Assembly (NCBI GenBank): GCA_035651875.1 | Contig: DASRET010000080.1 | Span: forward strand, 13,790-77,789 | Reading direction: 5' to 3' | Source: Xanthobacteraceae bacterium | GTDB taxonomy: Bacteria > Pseudomonadota > Alphaproteobacteria > Rhizobiales > Xanthobacteraceae | Length of the DNA: 64,000 bases | In this document: positions 39,348-48,251 of the stretch, piece after piece | How positions within the stretch are numbered: the stretch's first letter is position 1 | Layout: each line of letters starts with the position of its first letter | Program-made: the position numbers and the translations under genes | The notes under the pieces: model-generated | Database searches by the model: none | Seen by the model: the letters and a program-made list of their open reading frames with translations, nothing else | Told to the model about the DNA's origin: nothing

Positions 39348-39917
39348 ATGGCAGACGGCAATTTTTGGTCCGGACTTGGAACGGTGACGCGTCGCCGCTT
39401 CGTGTCCATCGGCGCGGCGACCGGAATGGCGACGTGTGCGTGGGAATCTGCGTGTGCCGTTGTATTCCGCCACCCGGTTGAGAGATCGGCGGTCCGCATT
39501 GCGCTGCCGGGTTTTCTCGCCGCCACACCCGCCGACGCCGAGCCGGCGCGCCTCATGCGGGAAGTGATAGCCGCCAACCTCGCGCGCAACGGACGGTTCG
39601 TGCTGATCGATCCGGCGGCCTTCCCCGAGAAGGTGCCGAGCGTTGACGAGTGGCCGCGCTTTTCGGATTGGCGCGCCATCAAGGCCGCGGCGCTTCTGGT
39701 GGGACGCGTTGCCCGTCAGTCCGATGGCCGCATCAAGGTGGAGTTTCGGCTTTGGGATGTGTCCGGTGACGTGTCCGGCGCAACGCAGCTCGTCGCGCAG
39801 CAATTTCTCGGCGCGCCGGGCAAATACGCTGACATCGCCAACATCATCGCCGACGACGTTTATGACGCCGTGCTCGGTGAACCGGGCCATTTTTATGCGG
39901 GCGCTTCGGCGCGGTAG
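39348..39917 (+). CDS. TolB N-terminal-domain-only protein (no beta-propeller) with Tat-like signal
   Basis: ...TRRRFVSIGAATGMA.... ...VIAANLARNGRFVLIDPAAFPEKVPSVDEWPRFSDWRAIKAAALLVGRVARQSDGRIKVEFRLWDVSG...ADIANIIADDVYDAVLGEPGHF is collinear with the TolB N-domain. The ORF stops where TolB would continue G(Y)FDTRI.... Confidence 0.7.
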   Translation: MADGNFWSGLGTVTRRRFVSIGAATGMATCAWESACAVVFRHPVERSAVRIALPGFLAATPADAEPARLMREVIAANLARNGRFVLIDPAAFPEKVPSVDEWPRFSDWRAIKAAALLVGRVARQSDGRIKVEFRLWDVSGDVSGATQLVAQQFLGAPGKYADIANIIADDVYDAVLGEPGHFYAGASAR

Positions 39918-40014
39918 ATCGAAACGAATCGCCTCGCGTCGTCTCTGTGGTACAACATTGCCCGCAGCTTGCGGGTTGGAACGGCGCGATACCTGGTGCC
40001 GCCCCCTACGTTCG

Positions 40015-40842
40015 ATGGAATTCAAAGTGGCTATTGGCAAGCGTCATCTTATTCCAGTGCAACCCGGCCTCGATTTTTCACGCGTCTTCGGTTATCCGCA
40101 GTCGTGTGCCGTGGAGGCGGGAGGCCTCATATTTTTTTCCGGAATGGTGGCCGTTAATCCTGATACGGGAGAGCGTGAGCACGGCACCGTCACGAGCGAA
40201 ACCCGCCGCATCTTCGAAAATCTCAAAATACTGCTCGAGGCCAACGGCTCGGATCTCGCGCGAATCGTCCAGGTTCACGCGCTGCTTTACAGTCGGATCG
40301 AGTATGACGTTCTCAACAGAATTTATCGGCAGTATCTGCCGGAACGCCCGCCGGCCCGAATGGTCTGGCAGGTTGTTATCGAAAGCGGCTTCAAGGTGCA
40401 GCTCGACGTCGTGGCGGCTGCCGGGAACGGGAACACGAAGATGACGCTGACGCGGCAGGTTATCGAGCCAAGGAATGAGAAGCTCAACACCTCGAAGAAC
40501 CGCGGGCTGCCGCATTCGCCCGGCATCCGCGTCGGCGATTTCTTGTTCCTGTCCGGGATGGTATCCACCGATCCGCAAACGGGAGAATTAAAGCAGGGCA
40601 CGCTCACTGCCGAAGCTCAGCAAATTCTGGAGAATATCGGCCATCTTTTGGACTCCTCCGGTTCTTCCCTGAGGAACATCGTCAAGATGACTGTCTTCGT
40701 TTATGACATGCTCGAACTTCAGAATGTCCATGGCGTTTTGCGAAAATTTTTCCCGGAGGCGCCGCCCGCCCTGACGGTATGCGGCGCGCAATTGAGCTTC
40801 GGACTGAAAATTGAAATTGAGTGCATTGCCGTCGTTGAATGA
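40015..40842 (+). CDS. Tandem (two-domain) RidA/YjgF/L-PSP family protein
   Basis: 275 aa. Domain 1 ...AGGLIFFSGMVAVNPDTGE...TRRIFENLKILLEANGSDLARIVQVHALL.... Domain 2 ...VGDFLFLSGMVSTDPQTGELKQGTLTAEAQQILENIGHLLDSSGSSLRNIVKMTVFV...IEIECIAVV. Confidence 0.8.
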   Translation: MEFKVAIGKRHLIPVQPGLDFSRVFGYPQSCAVEAGGLIFFSGMVAVNPDTGEREHGTVTSETRRIFENLKILLEANGSDLARIVQVHALLYSRIEYDVLNRIYRQYLPERPPARMVWQVVIESGFKVQLDVVAAAGNGNTKMTLTRQVIEPRNEKLNTSKNRGLPHSPGIRVGDFLFLSGMVSTDPQTGELKQGTLTAEAQQILENIGHLLDSSGSSLRNIVKMTVFVYDMLELQNVHGVLRKFFPEAPPALTVCGAQLSFGLKIEIECIAVVE

Positions 40843-40897
40843 GAGCGGGCGCTACGCCACGCGCCGGGTGCCATGACACGCGCGGGATAATGGCCGT

Positions 40898-40995
40898 GGA
40901 CAGCCCGCGCTCGGCGTTCCGTCCATTCGGCCGACCTGTCCAGCCACGAACGCGAGCCCGACATGACTGACGCGCCGCAAGACACGCCGTCGGCC
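40898..40995 (+). repeat. Direct repeat copy A: duplicate of the yghU leader and first codons
   Basis: Manual alignment to 43224-43321. The 65 nt upstream of the ATG differ at 7 positions, ATGACTGAC is identical, and similarity fades ~30 nt into the coding sequence. Confidence 0.75.
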
Positions 40996-41049
40996 GATGA
41001 CCCGAAGCGACCGGCCGTTCGTTCGCCGCTGTTCCGGGCGCGCGGATGA
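40963..41049 (+). pseudogene. 5' remnant of a yghU-like gene (28 codons then stop)
   Basis: MTDAPQDTPSADDP... compares with the intact MTDTPHYTPPDVW... at 43289. It diverges and stops at 41047-41049. Confidence 0.5.
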
Positions 41050-41466
41050 TTCCCACAGCCTCGATTCGCGGCAAGCGATTCTTCCCCCGCTTGGATTGCC
41101 GCCGGAGGTATTCTTTAGTAAGCACCTCGCTAAATCCGCGTTCCGTCGACGGACCGAAGTCGCATGCTTTTCTTGTCTTATGTGTATTTCGTTCTGGCTT
41201 TCGCTGAAACCCTGGTGCTCTTTGCGTCGATCATTGGTCTGCTGGCGCTCGCCGTGAGGCTGGCCGTAAGGGGAATCAACGGCTTGGCAGACGCGATCGA
41301 TTCGCACTGGCCCGGTACCGAACCTCGCGTCAGGAGACCGAGTCGCCTTGGCCTGGCAGTCGAAAGAGGCTCGCACGAAATTGCAGGCGGACACAACGAA
41401 CGTTTGTGACGCCCAACCCGGCATGTAGCGTGCTTACCGCGAGACTGGCGGCGTTTGGAGAGGAGC

Positions 41467-42123
41467 ATGTTTGGCTGGTTTCAAGCGCTGATGCCCAAAG
41501 AGGAGCGTTTCTTTCCGCTCTTTGAGAAGCACGCGGCGATCGTCGTGGCCGGAGCGGAAGCCCTGCGCGGCCTCTTGCAGGGCGGCGACACGATCGAGTC
41601 GTATTGCCAGCAGATCTTCCGCCACGAAAACGCGGCCGACGATGTGACGCGCGAGGTGCTTGTGGCGGTTCGGCGCACCTTCGTCACGCCATTCGACCGC
41701 ACCGACATCCAGGACCTCATCAGCTCGATGGACGATGCCATCGATCAGATGAACAAGACCGCAAAGACCATCGTGATGTTCGAGGTGAAAACCTTCGAGC
41801 CGCAGATGCAGGAGATGGCGGAGATCATCGTCGAGGCTGCCAAGCTGGTGCTCGAAGCCGTGCCGCTGTTGAGCTCGATCAGCAGCAATGCCGGCAAGCT
41901 CAATGCTCTGACCGCGCGCATCATCGCCATCGAGGAGCAGGCCGACGAGGTGCACGACCGCGGGCTGAAGGCGCTGTTCGTGGCCAACCGCCAGCCGGAC
42001 GGACCCGGCAATGCCCTTCGTTTCATCGTCGGCTCGGAAATTTACGATCATCTGGAAAAAGTCGTGGACCGCTTCGAGGACGTCTCCAACGAGATCAGCT
42101 CGATCGTCGTCGATCAGCTTTGA
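41467..42123 (+). CDS. DUF47 / PhoU-like phosphate-transport regulator (TIGR00153-type)
   Basis: MFGWFQALMPKEERFFPLFEKHA...HENAADDVTREV...TPFDRTDIQDLISSMDDAID...IEEQADEVHD.... Immediately upstream of pit. Confidence 0.85.
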   Translation: MFGWFQALMPKEERFFPLFEKHAAIVVAGAEALRGLLQGGDTIESYCQQIFRHENAADDVTREVLVAVRRTFVTPFDRTDIQDLISSMDDAIDQMNKTAKTIVMFEVKTFEPQMQEMAEIIVEAAKLVLEAVPLLSSISSNAGKLNALTARIIAIEEQADEVHDRGLKALFVANRQPDGPGNALRFIVGSEIYDHLEKVVDRFEDVSNEISSIVVDQL

Positions 42124-42136
42124 ATGGCGCGCGGTG

Positions 42137-43141
42137 ATGAACGCCATCCTCAGCCTGCCCGTGTTGATCGGCCTGATCGCCGTCGCGCTCGTCTTCGATT
42201 TTCTCAACGGCCTGCACGACACCGCGAACTCGATCGCGACGCTGGTCTCGACCCGCATGCTGCGCCCGCGCTACGCCGTGATGTGGGCGGCGTTCTTCAA
42301 CTTCATCGCGTTTTTGATCTTCGGGGTGCACGTGGCGCGCACCGTCGGCGTCGGCATCGTGTCGGCCGACACGATCGACGCGCATGTCATCTTCGGCGCG
42401 CTGATGGGCGCCATCGTCTGGAATGTGGTGACGTGGTGGGCCGGGATTCCGTCGTCGAGCTCGCACGCCCTGATCGGTGGCCTGGTCGGCGCCGGCATCA
42501 CCAAGGCCGGCATCGCCGCGATCGTCTGGCCCGGCCTGATCATGACCGGTGCCTTCATCGTGCTGTCGCCGCTGTTCGGCTTTTTGCTGGCGCTTTTTCT
42601 GGTGCTGGCCGTCTCCTGGGCGTTCCTGCGCGCCAACCCGCGTGCGGTCGAGGGCACGTTTCAGTGGCTGCAATTCGCCGCCGCCTCGCTCATCTCGCTG
42701 GGCCACGGCGGCAACGATGCGCAGAAGACCATGGGCATCATCGCCGTGCTGTTGTTCTCGCAAGGCCATCTCGGCGCGAACTTCTATGTGCCGTTCTGGG
42801 TGGTGCTGGTGTGCCAGGCGGCGATGGCCCTCGGCACGCTGGTCGGCGGCTGGCGCATCGTCAACACCGTCGGCTCCAAGATCACGCGTTTGACGCCGGT
42901 GCAGGGCTGCTGCGCCTCGACCGCCGGCGCCACCTTGTTGTTCGTCGCAACCTTCCTCGGCATCCCGGTCTCGACCACCCACACCGTGACCGGCTCCGTG
43001 ATCGGAGTCGGCGCCGCGCGCAAGGCATCGGCCGTGCGCTGGAATGTTGCGAGCAACATCGTGATGGCGTGGATTATCACCTTGCCGGCTTCCGCATTGG
43101 TGGCGGCGTTATGTTATCTGGCCACGAGCGCGTTTCGCTGA
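42137..43141 (+). CDS. pit: Inorganic phosphate transporter, PiT family
   Basis: Two PHO4 signature blocks ...FDFLNGLHDTANSIAT... and ...SLGHGGNDAQKTMG.... Multi-TM protein. ATG 42137 lies 14 nt after the DUF47 stop. Confidence 0.9.
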   Translation: MNAILSLPVLIGLIAVALVFDFLNGLHDTANSIATLVSTRMLRPRYAVMWAAFFNFIAFLIFGVHVARTVGVGIVSADTIDAHVIFGALMGAIVWNVVTWWAGIPSSSSHALIGGLVGAGITKAGIAAIVWPGLIMTGAFIVLSPLFGFLLALFLVLAVSWAFLRANPRAVEGTFQWLQFAAASLISLGHGGNDAQKTMGIIAVLLFSQGHLGANFYVPFWVVLVCQAAMALGTLVGGWRIVNTVGSKITRLTPVQGCCASTAGATLLFVATFLGIPVSTTHTVTGSVIGVGAARKASAVRWNVASNIVMAWIITLPASALVAALCYLATSAFR

Positions 43142-43223
43142 AGGTCCGCTTTTTGACGCTGGCTGCGACGCACCCGGGTGGGGGAAGCCGCCGCAGAACG
43201 TGACAACGCCGACAGCCGCGATT

Positions 43224-43321
43224 GGACAGCCCGCGCTCGCCGCTCTATCCATGCGGCCGACCTGTCCCGCCACCAACGCGAGCCCGACATGACTGACACC
43301 CCGCACTACACGCCGCCGGAC
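43224..43321 (+). repeat. Direct repeat copy B (native yghU leader and start)
   Basis: See copy A at 40898-40995. Confidence 0.75.
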
Positions 43322-44173
43322 GTCTGGGTCTGGGAGAAGAACGACACGCCCAACTGGCGCTATAGCAATACCAATCGCCCCATCGCGGGCGCGACGCATG
43401 ACAAGGAATTGCCGCGCGGCAAGCATCCGCTGCAGCTCTATTCGCTGGCGACGCCCAACGGCGTCAAGGTGACCATCATGCTGGAAGAATTGCTGGCCGC
43501 CGGTCACAGCGGCGCCGAATATGACGCCTGGCTCATCAAGATCGGCGAGGGCAACCAGTTCGGCAGCGGCTTTGTCGGGGTGAACCCGAATTCCAAAATC
43601 CCGGCGCTGATGGATTACAGCGGACAGAAGCCGCAACGCGTGTTCGAATCCGGCGCGATTCTGCTCTATCTGGCGGAAAAATTTGGGGCCTTTCTGCCGA
43701 AGGATCGCGGCGAGCGCGCCGAGGCGCTGAACTGGCTGTTCTGGCAGATGGGCTCGACGCCCTATGTGGGCGGCGGCTTCGGGCATTTCTTCGCCTATGC
43801 GCCGGTGAAGATCAAATACGCCATCGACCGTTTCACCATGGAGGTTAAGCGCCAGCTCGACGTGCTCGACCGGCAGCTTGCCGACCATCGCTTCATCGCC
43901 GGCGACGAATATACCATCGCCGACATGGCGATCTGGCCGTGGTACGGCAACGGCATGTTGAACGGCGCCTCATACAACGACCCGCGCAAGTTCCTGCAGA
44001 CGCACGACTATAAAAACCTGACGCGCTGGACCAAAGAGATCGGCGAACGCCCGGCGGTCAAGCGCGGCCGAATGGTCAACCGCGCCAGTGGGCCGCCCGA
44101 ACAACAATTGCACGAACGCCACGACGCCGCCGATTTCGCGACCAGAACGCAGGACAAGATCGGCGCGGGGTGA
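43289..44173 (+). CDS. yghU: Glutathione-dependent disulfide-bond oxidoreductase (nu-class GST)
   Basis: ...LPRGKHPLQLYSLATPNGVKVTIMLEELLAAGHSGAEYDAWLIKIGEGNQFGSGFVGVNPNSKIPAL...GGGFGHFFAYAPVKIKYAIDRFTMEVKRQLDVLD... is collinear with YghU as I recall it. Confidence 0.85.
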   Translation: MTDTPHYTPPDVWVWEKNDTPNWRYSNTNRPIAGATHDKELPRGKHPLQLYSLATPNGVKVTIMLEELLAAGHSGAEYDAWLIKIGEGNQFGSGFVGVNPNSKIPALMDYSGQKPQRVFESGAILLYLAEKFGAFLPKDRGERAEALNWLFWQMGSTPYVGGGFGHFFAYAPVKIKYAIDRFTMEVKRQLDVLDRQLADHRFIAGDEYTIADMAIWPWYGNGMLNGASYNDPRKFLQTHDYKNLTRWTKEIGERPAVKRGRMVNRASGPPEQQLHERHDAADFATRTQDKIGAG

Positions 44174-44346
44174 CCCCGTCATCAGATATACCAAGTCGAA
44201 GTGGCATTTCGGCAACACTGGTCATCTGTTTAATGCCTAGAGGAATGAATCGGTGACGGACTGGACCCGTCCGGCTGTCCGCCGCCGGCCCTACCTGATA
44301 ACTTGCGACGTTCTGGAATCACGCGCGGCGGGCGGGGAACGTTGGC

Positions 44347-47202
44347 ATGCCCAGAATGGCACGCGGGGGTCGGCGAAGAGTGTGGCGGGCATCGCCTGTC
44401 GGCGTGGCACTGCTCACCACCGGCGCTCTATGTAGCGCTGCCCATGCGCAGAGCGCGACCTGGAACGGAAGCACCCCGGATTGGAATACGCCGACCAACT
44501 GGACCCCCAACACGGTGCCGACCGGCACCGCCACTTTCGCAGCGACCGGGAGTGCGTCCGTCAATAACGCCAGCGATCCGGTCACGATCGGCGCCATCAA
44601 TTTCAATGCGGCCGCGCAGGCCTACACCATTACTGTCGAGAAGTTGCTCACGGTCAACGGCACCGGCATCGCCAACAACTCGGCCAACGCCCAGACATTC
44701 GCCCTCAACGTCTTCATCGTGGGCGGCAACCCCTCGTTGATGTTTCAGAACGCCAGCTCAGCGAACAGCGGGACCGGGACGGTTAACTACGTCAACGCTG
44801 GAAACATCGCTTTCAACGACACAAGCACTGCCGGTAGCGCGCACTTTCTGAATTCAGGAAGCCTCATCGCCATAAGCTTCGGCACTCTCGGCGGCACCGA
44901 GACGGCAAATGCCGGCACGGCCGTCATCCAGAACGGCCTGCATTCTGAATTGGGTAACATCTTCGCTAGAGGGGAAAACTTGGAGTTTTTCGCCCACACG
45001 TCGGCGGCAAACGCCACCATCACCAACGATGGCAAGGGCTTCGTCATCTTCCGGGATCAAAGCACTGCGGGCCATGCCAGCATCGTCAACGTCAGCAGCC
45101 AAATCGTGTTTGGCGCCCTCGGGGGCACCGACACCGCCACCGCCGGCAACGCCTCCATCGAGAACCATGCCGATACGTTCTTCTTCGCGCACACCACCGC
45201 CGGCGAGGCGTTCATCACGACCAACCAATTTGGCCGGGTGTCGTTTTTCGACAGCAGCACCGGCGGCAACGCTCGGTTCGCCGTCGGCGCAGGCGGCGTC
45301 TTCGACATCTCGACGCTGACCGATGGCGGCATGACGGCGGGCTCGATCGAGGGCGCCGGCACCTTTTTCCTTGGCAGCAAAGCACTTACCGTCGGCAGCA
45401 ACAACCTGTCCACCACGGTGAGCGGCTTGATCAGCGATTGCGTCGGCGCTCCCTCCGTTCATTGTAACGTCCCGGGCGCCACCGGTGGCTCGCTGGTCAA
45501 GGTCGGCAGCGGCACGCTGACCTTATCGGGCACCAACACGTATACGGGCAACACCACCGTCAACGACGGCATGCTCGAGGTCGACGGCTCGATCGCGACC
45601 TCGCACCTGACCACAATCAATAACAACGCCACGCTCCTTGGCACCGGCACCGTAGGCAATCTGCAGATCAACAGCGGCGGCACGTTCGCGCCGGGCGCGT
45701 TTGCCACGCCAGGCACGTTCATGACGGTCCAGGGCAATCTCACGTTCCAGCCCAACGCGCTGTATCTGGTGCAGGTCGATCCGACCGCCTCCACCTCGGC
45801 CACGGTGACCGGCCAAGCCGCGCTTGCCGGCGACGTCGGCGCCACGTTCGCCAGCGGCCACTACATCACCAAACAATACGACATCCTGCACGCCGGCTCG
45901 ATCAACGGCACGTTCGACACGCTGGAGACGCTCAATCTGCCGGCCGGCGTGCTGGCGAGCCTGGTCTACACGCCGACCGACGTGTTTCTCGATCTGAGCG
46001 CATCGCTGCCGACGCAGGGCCTGAACCTCAATCAGCTCGCGGTCGCCAATGCCATCGATAACTTCTTCAACAATGGCGGTTCGCTGCCGCCGGGCTTCCT
46101 CAGTATTTTCGGTCTCACCGGCGCCGATCTCGGCAATGCGCTCACCGCACTCGATGGCGAGAACGCGACCGGAGCCGAGCATGCCGCTTTCCAGCTGATG
46201 AACGAGTTCTTGAACCTGATGCTGGATGCCAATGTGGACGGCCGCAGCGGCGGCGGCGGCCTGCTGCCCTTTGCGCCGGATCAGGAAGCGAACTTCCCGT
46301 CCGACATCGCGCTCGCCTATGCGGGCGTGCTGAAGGCGCCGCCGAAGCAAACCTTCGCGCAGCGCTGGACCGCCTGGGCCTCAGGCTTCGGCGGCAGCGC
46401 CCGAACCAACGGCGATCCGGTCATCGGCTCGAACAACGTCACCACCAACACCTTCGGTTACGCGGCCGGCATGGATTATCACTACTCGCCCGACACCGTG
46501 CTCGGCTTTGCGCTGGCCGGCGGCGGCACCGGCTGGAACCTGGTGCAGGGGCTCGGCACCGGACGCAGCGACGCCTTCCTGGCCGGCGTCTATGGCGTGA
46601 CCCATCAGGGTCCGGCCTACATCGGCGGGTCGCTCGCCTTCGCCAACAACTGGTTCACCACCAACCGCACCGCCTTGGGCGACCAGCTCAGCGCCGGCTT
46701 CCAGGGCCAGAGCTACGCCGGGCGGCTGGAGGGCGGCTACCGCTTCGCAGCCCCCGTCGCGCACAACGCCATCGGCGTCACGCCCTACGCGGCGATCCAG
46801 GTACAGAACTTCCACACCCCGGCCTACAGCGAGACCGATCTGACCGCCGGCGGTTTTGGGCTGACCTATGCGGCGATGAACGGCACCGATACGCGCGGCG
46901 AGCTTGGCGCGCGGTTCGACGACCACACCGCGCTCAACGCCATGCCGCTCATCCTGCGCGCCAGGGCGGCGTGGGCGCACGACTGGGTCAGCAATCCTGC
47001 GCTCAATGCCAGCTTCCAGGCGCTGCCCGGCGCCGGCTTCACGGTGTTCGGCGCGCCGATCCCGCACGACTCGGCGCTCACCTCGGCCGGCGCACAGCTG
47101 TTCTTCACGCCGAACTGGTCCCTGCTCGGCAAGTTCGACGGCGAGTTCGCCAAGGGCTCACAGACCTACGCCGGCACCGGCACGCTGCGCTACACGTGGT
47201 GA
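44347..47202 (+). CDS. Autotransporter outer-membrane protein with beta-strand-repeat passenger
   Basis: Signal ...VGVALLTTGALCSAAHA. PATR-type repeat ...GSGTLTLSGTNTYTGNTTVNDGMLEVDGSI.... C-terminal beta-barrel ends ...GTGTLRYTW. Confidence 0.85.
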   Translation: MPRMARGGRRRVWRASPVGVALLTTGALCSAAHAQSATWNGSTPDWNTPTNWTPNTVPTGTATFAATGSASVNNASDPVTIGAINFNAAAQAYTITVEKLLTVNGTGIANNSANAQTFALNVFIVGGNPSLMFQNASSANSGTGTVNYVNAGNIAFNDTSTAGSAHFLNSGSLIAISFGTLGGTETANAGTAVIQNGLHSELGNIFARGENLEFFAHTSAANATITNDGKGFVIFRDQSTAGHASIVNVSSQIVFGALGGTDTATAGNASIENHADTFFFAHTTAGEAFITTNQFGRVSFFDSSTGGNARFAVGAGGVFDISTLTDGGMTAGSIEGAGTFFLGSKALTVGSNNLSTTVSGLISDCVGAPSVHCNVPGATGGSLVKVGSGTLTLSGTNTYTGNTTVNDGMLEVDGSIATSHLTTINNNATLLGTGTVGNLQINSGGTFAPGAFATPGTFMTVQGNLTFQPNALYLVQVDPTASTSATVTGQAALAGDVGATFASGHYITKQYDILHAGSINGTFDTLETLNLPAGVLASLVYTPTDVFLDLSASLPTQGLNLNQLAVANAIDNFFNNGGSLPPGFLSIFGLTGADLGNALTALDGENATGAEHAAFQLMNEFLNLMLDANVDGRSGGGGLLPFAPDQEANFPSDIALAYAGVLKAPPKQTFAQRWTAWASGFGGSARTNGDPVIGSNNVTTNTFGYAAGMDYHYSPDTVLGFALAGGGTGWNLVQGLGTGRSDAFLAGVYGVTHQGPAYIGGSLAFANNWFTTNRTALGDQLSAGFQGQSYAGRLEGGYRFAAPVAHNAIGVTPYAAIQVQNFHTPAYSETDLTAGGFGLTYAAMNGTDTRGELGARFDDHTALNAMPLILRARAAWAHDWVSNPALNASFQALPGAGFTVFGAPIPHDSALTSAGAQLFFTPNWSLLGKFDGEFAKGSQTYAGTGTLRYTW

Positions 47203-47230
47203 GAAGCACTTCGGGCCGCTGATTGCGCCG

Positions 47231-47548
47231 CTATTTCTTCCCGTCTGCGGCGTTGCGTTTTGTCTTTGCTAAATCTTCGGTCAGTCTGGCCACAGCCGAT
47301 TTGAGCGCCGCAATCTCGGCGCGGGCGGCGGCAAGGTCGCGCTCGGCGGCGGCCATCTTGTGCTCGGTCTCACGGGTCAGCTTGTTGAGCGCCTGCTGCA
47401 GGAATTCGACGTTCGCCTGCAGGCAGCTCGTGCGACGCTCCATCTGCTTCTCGGCCGTGCAGACTTCCATGCCGCGAATGTCCTGCGCCGCCGCGGGAGA
47501 GGGCAGTGTAGCCTGGATCGCCGCCGCAAGGAGCAGGAGCCGTATCAC
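47231..47548 (-). CDS. Small secreted coiled-coil protein (hypothetical)
   Basis: Signal MIRLLLLAAAIQATLPSPAAA, then heptad-like ...LQANVEFLQQALNKLTRETEHKMAAAERDLAAARAEIAALKSAVARLTEDLAK.... Confidence 0.5.
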   Translation of the reverse strand: MIRLLLLAAAIQATLPSPAAAQDIRGMEVCTAEKQMERRTSCLQANVEFLQQALNKLTRETEHKMAAAERDLAAARAEIAALKSAVARLTEDLAKTKRNAADGKK

Positions 47549-47750
47549 GTTTGGCCATCGCCTTTAAAATGGGAAACAAGTTCAGAGGGCCTTGCTGAAG
47601 TTCAAAACGCTACAACGAGTTGGCCACGCGCACAATCGTCGTATTTCCCGCCGCCATGAGCATCGCGGCTTTTCCAATGGACATTTGCCGGCATCGGGCG
47701 AATGTCCGCTTGCATGCCGTTCGCGGTGGCGCACTCCAAAGCTACGCTTA

Positions 47751-48251
47751 CTACTCCTGGCTTCCCGAAATCGGATTAAACCTGGCGCCATGAAGATCGA
47801 TCCCATTGGGAACGGTTGCACTCGCATCGATGACCTGGGCCGTGCACACTATGTTTGTGCTCGTCGCAGAAATTCCGAGTACGCCCTGGTTTATTGCGTG
47901 GGTAACCATCACGCTTGCAGGGTAGATATTGGTTGAGTGAGTTGTTACCGTTAAAGTCTGGAATTGGTTGATGTCTGTCGTCGAAGTTGCCTCAAGTGCC
48001 CCCTGAGAATTGCGCACGACGTATTGGATACTTTCCTCACTAGGGCTGAAGCTGAAGCAGTGAACGGCGGTGGCTACTCCGTCCGGCGTCGGGCCGCCAC
48101 TATCGGTGACTCCGGGGAAGATGTAGAGAACCTGGAACGGACCACTGTCAGCGAGCGCGGAAGCAGTAAGAGGCGCTGCGAGAGCGATCGGCGCTAACAG
48201 GACACCGGCTGTGATGAGCGAACGAACACACGTTATACAGCGCGACGGCAT
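47751..48251 (-). CDS. Secreted protein, unknown function
   Basis: MPSRCITCVRSLITAGVLLAPIALAAPLTASALA signal, then a Ser/Thr-rich ~130-aa domain. Visibly lower G+C than the flanks. Confidence 0.5.
   Translation of the reverse strand: MPSRCITCVRSLITAGVLLAPIALAAPLTASALADSGPFQVLYIFPGVTDSGGPTPDGVATAVHCFSFSPSEESIQYVVRNSQGALEATSTTDINQFQTLTVTTHSTNIYPASVMVTHAINQGVLGISATSTNIVCTAQVIDASATVPNGIDLHGARFNPISGSQE

Noticed and set aside
39096-40040. 314-aa - strand ORF covering the TolB_N-only gene
   Set aside because: Only its last 81 codons (39096-39341) look protein-like, with two hydrophobic helices. The remainder is Arg-rich and antisense to a gene with clear TolB N-domain similarity.
41164-41409. 81-aa + strand ORF with a hydrophobic N-terminus in the ORF-poor stretch upstream of the DUF47-pit operon
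   Set aside because: No SD or family signature is evident, and the C-terminal half is Arg-rich. It lies in a region that looks like a recombination scar. Kept as unsupported.
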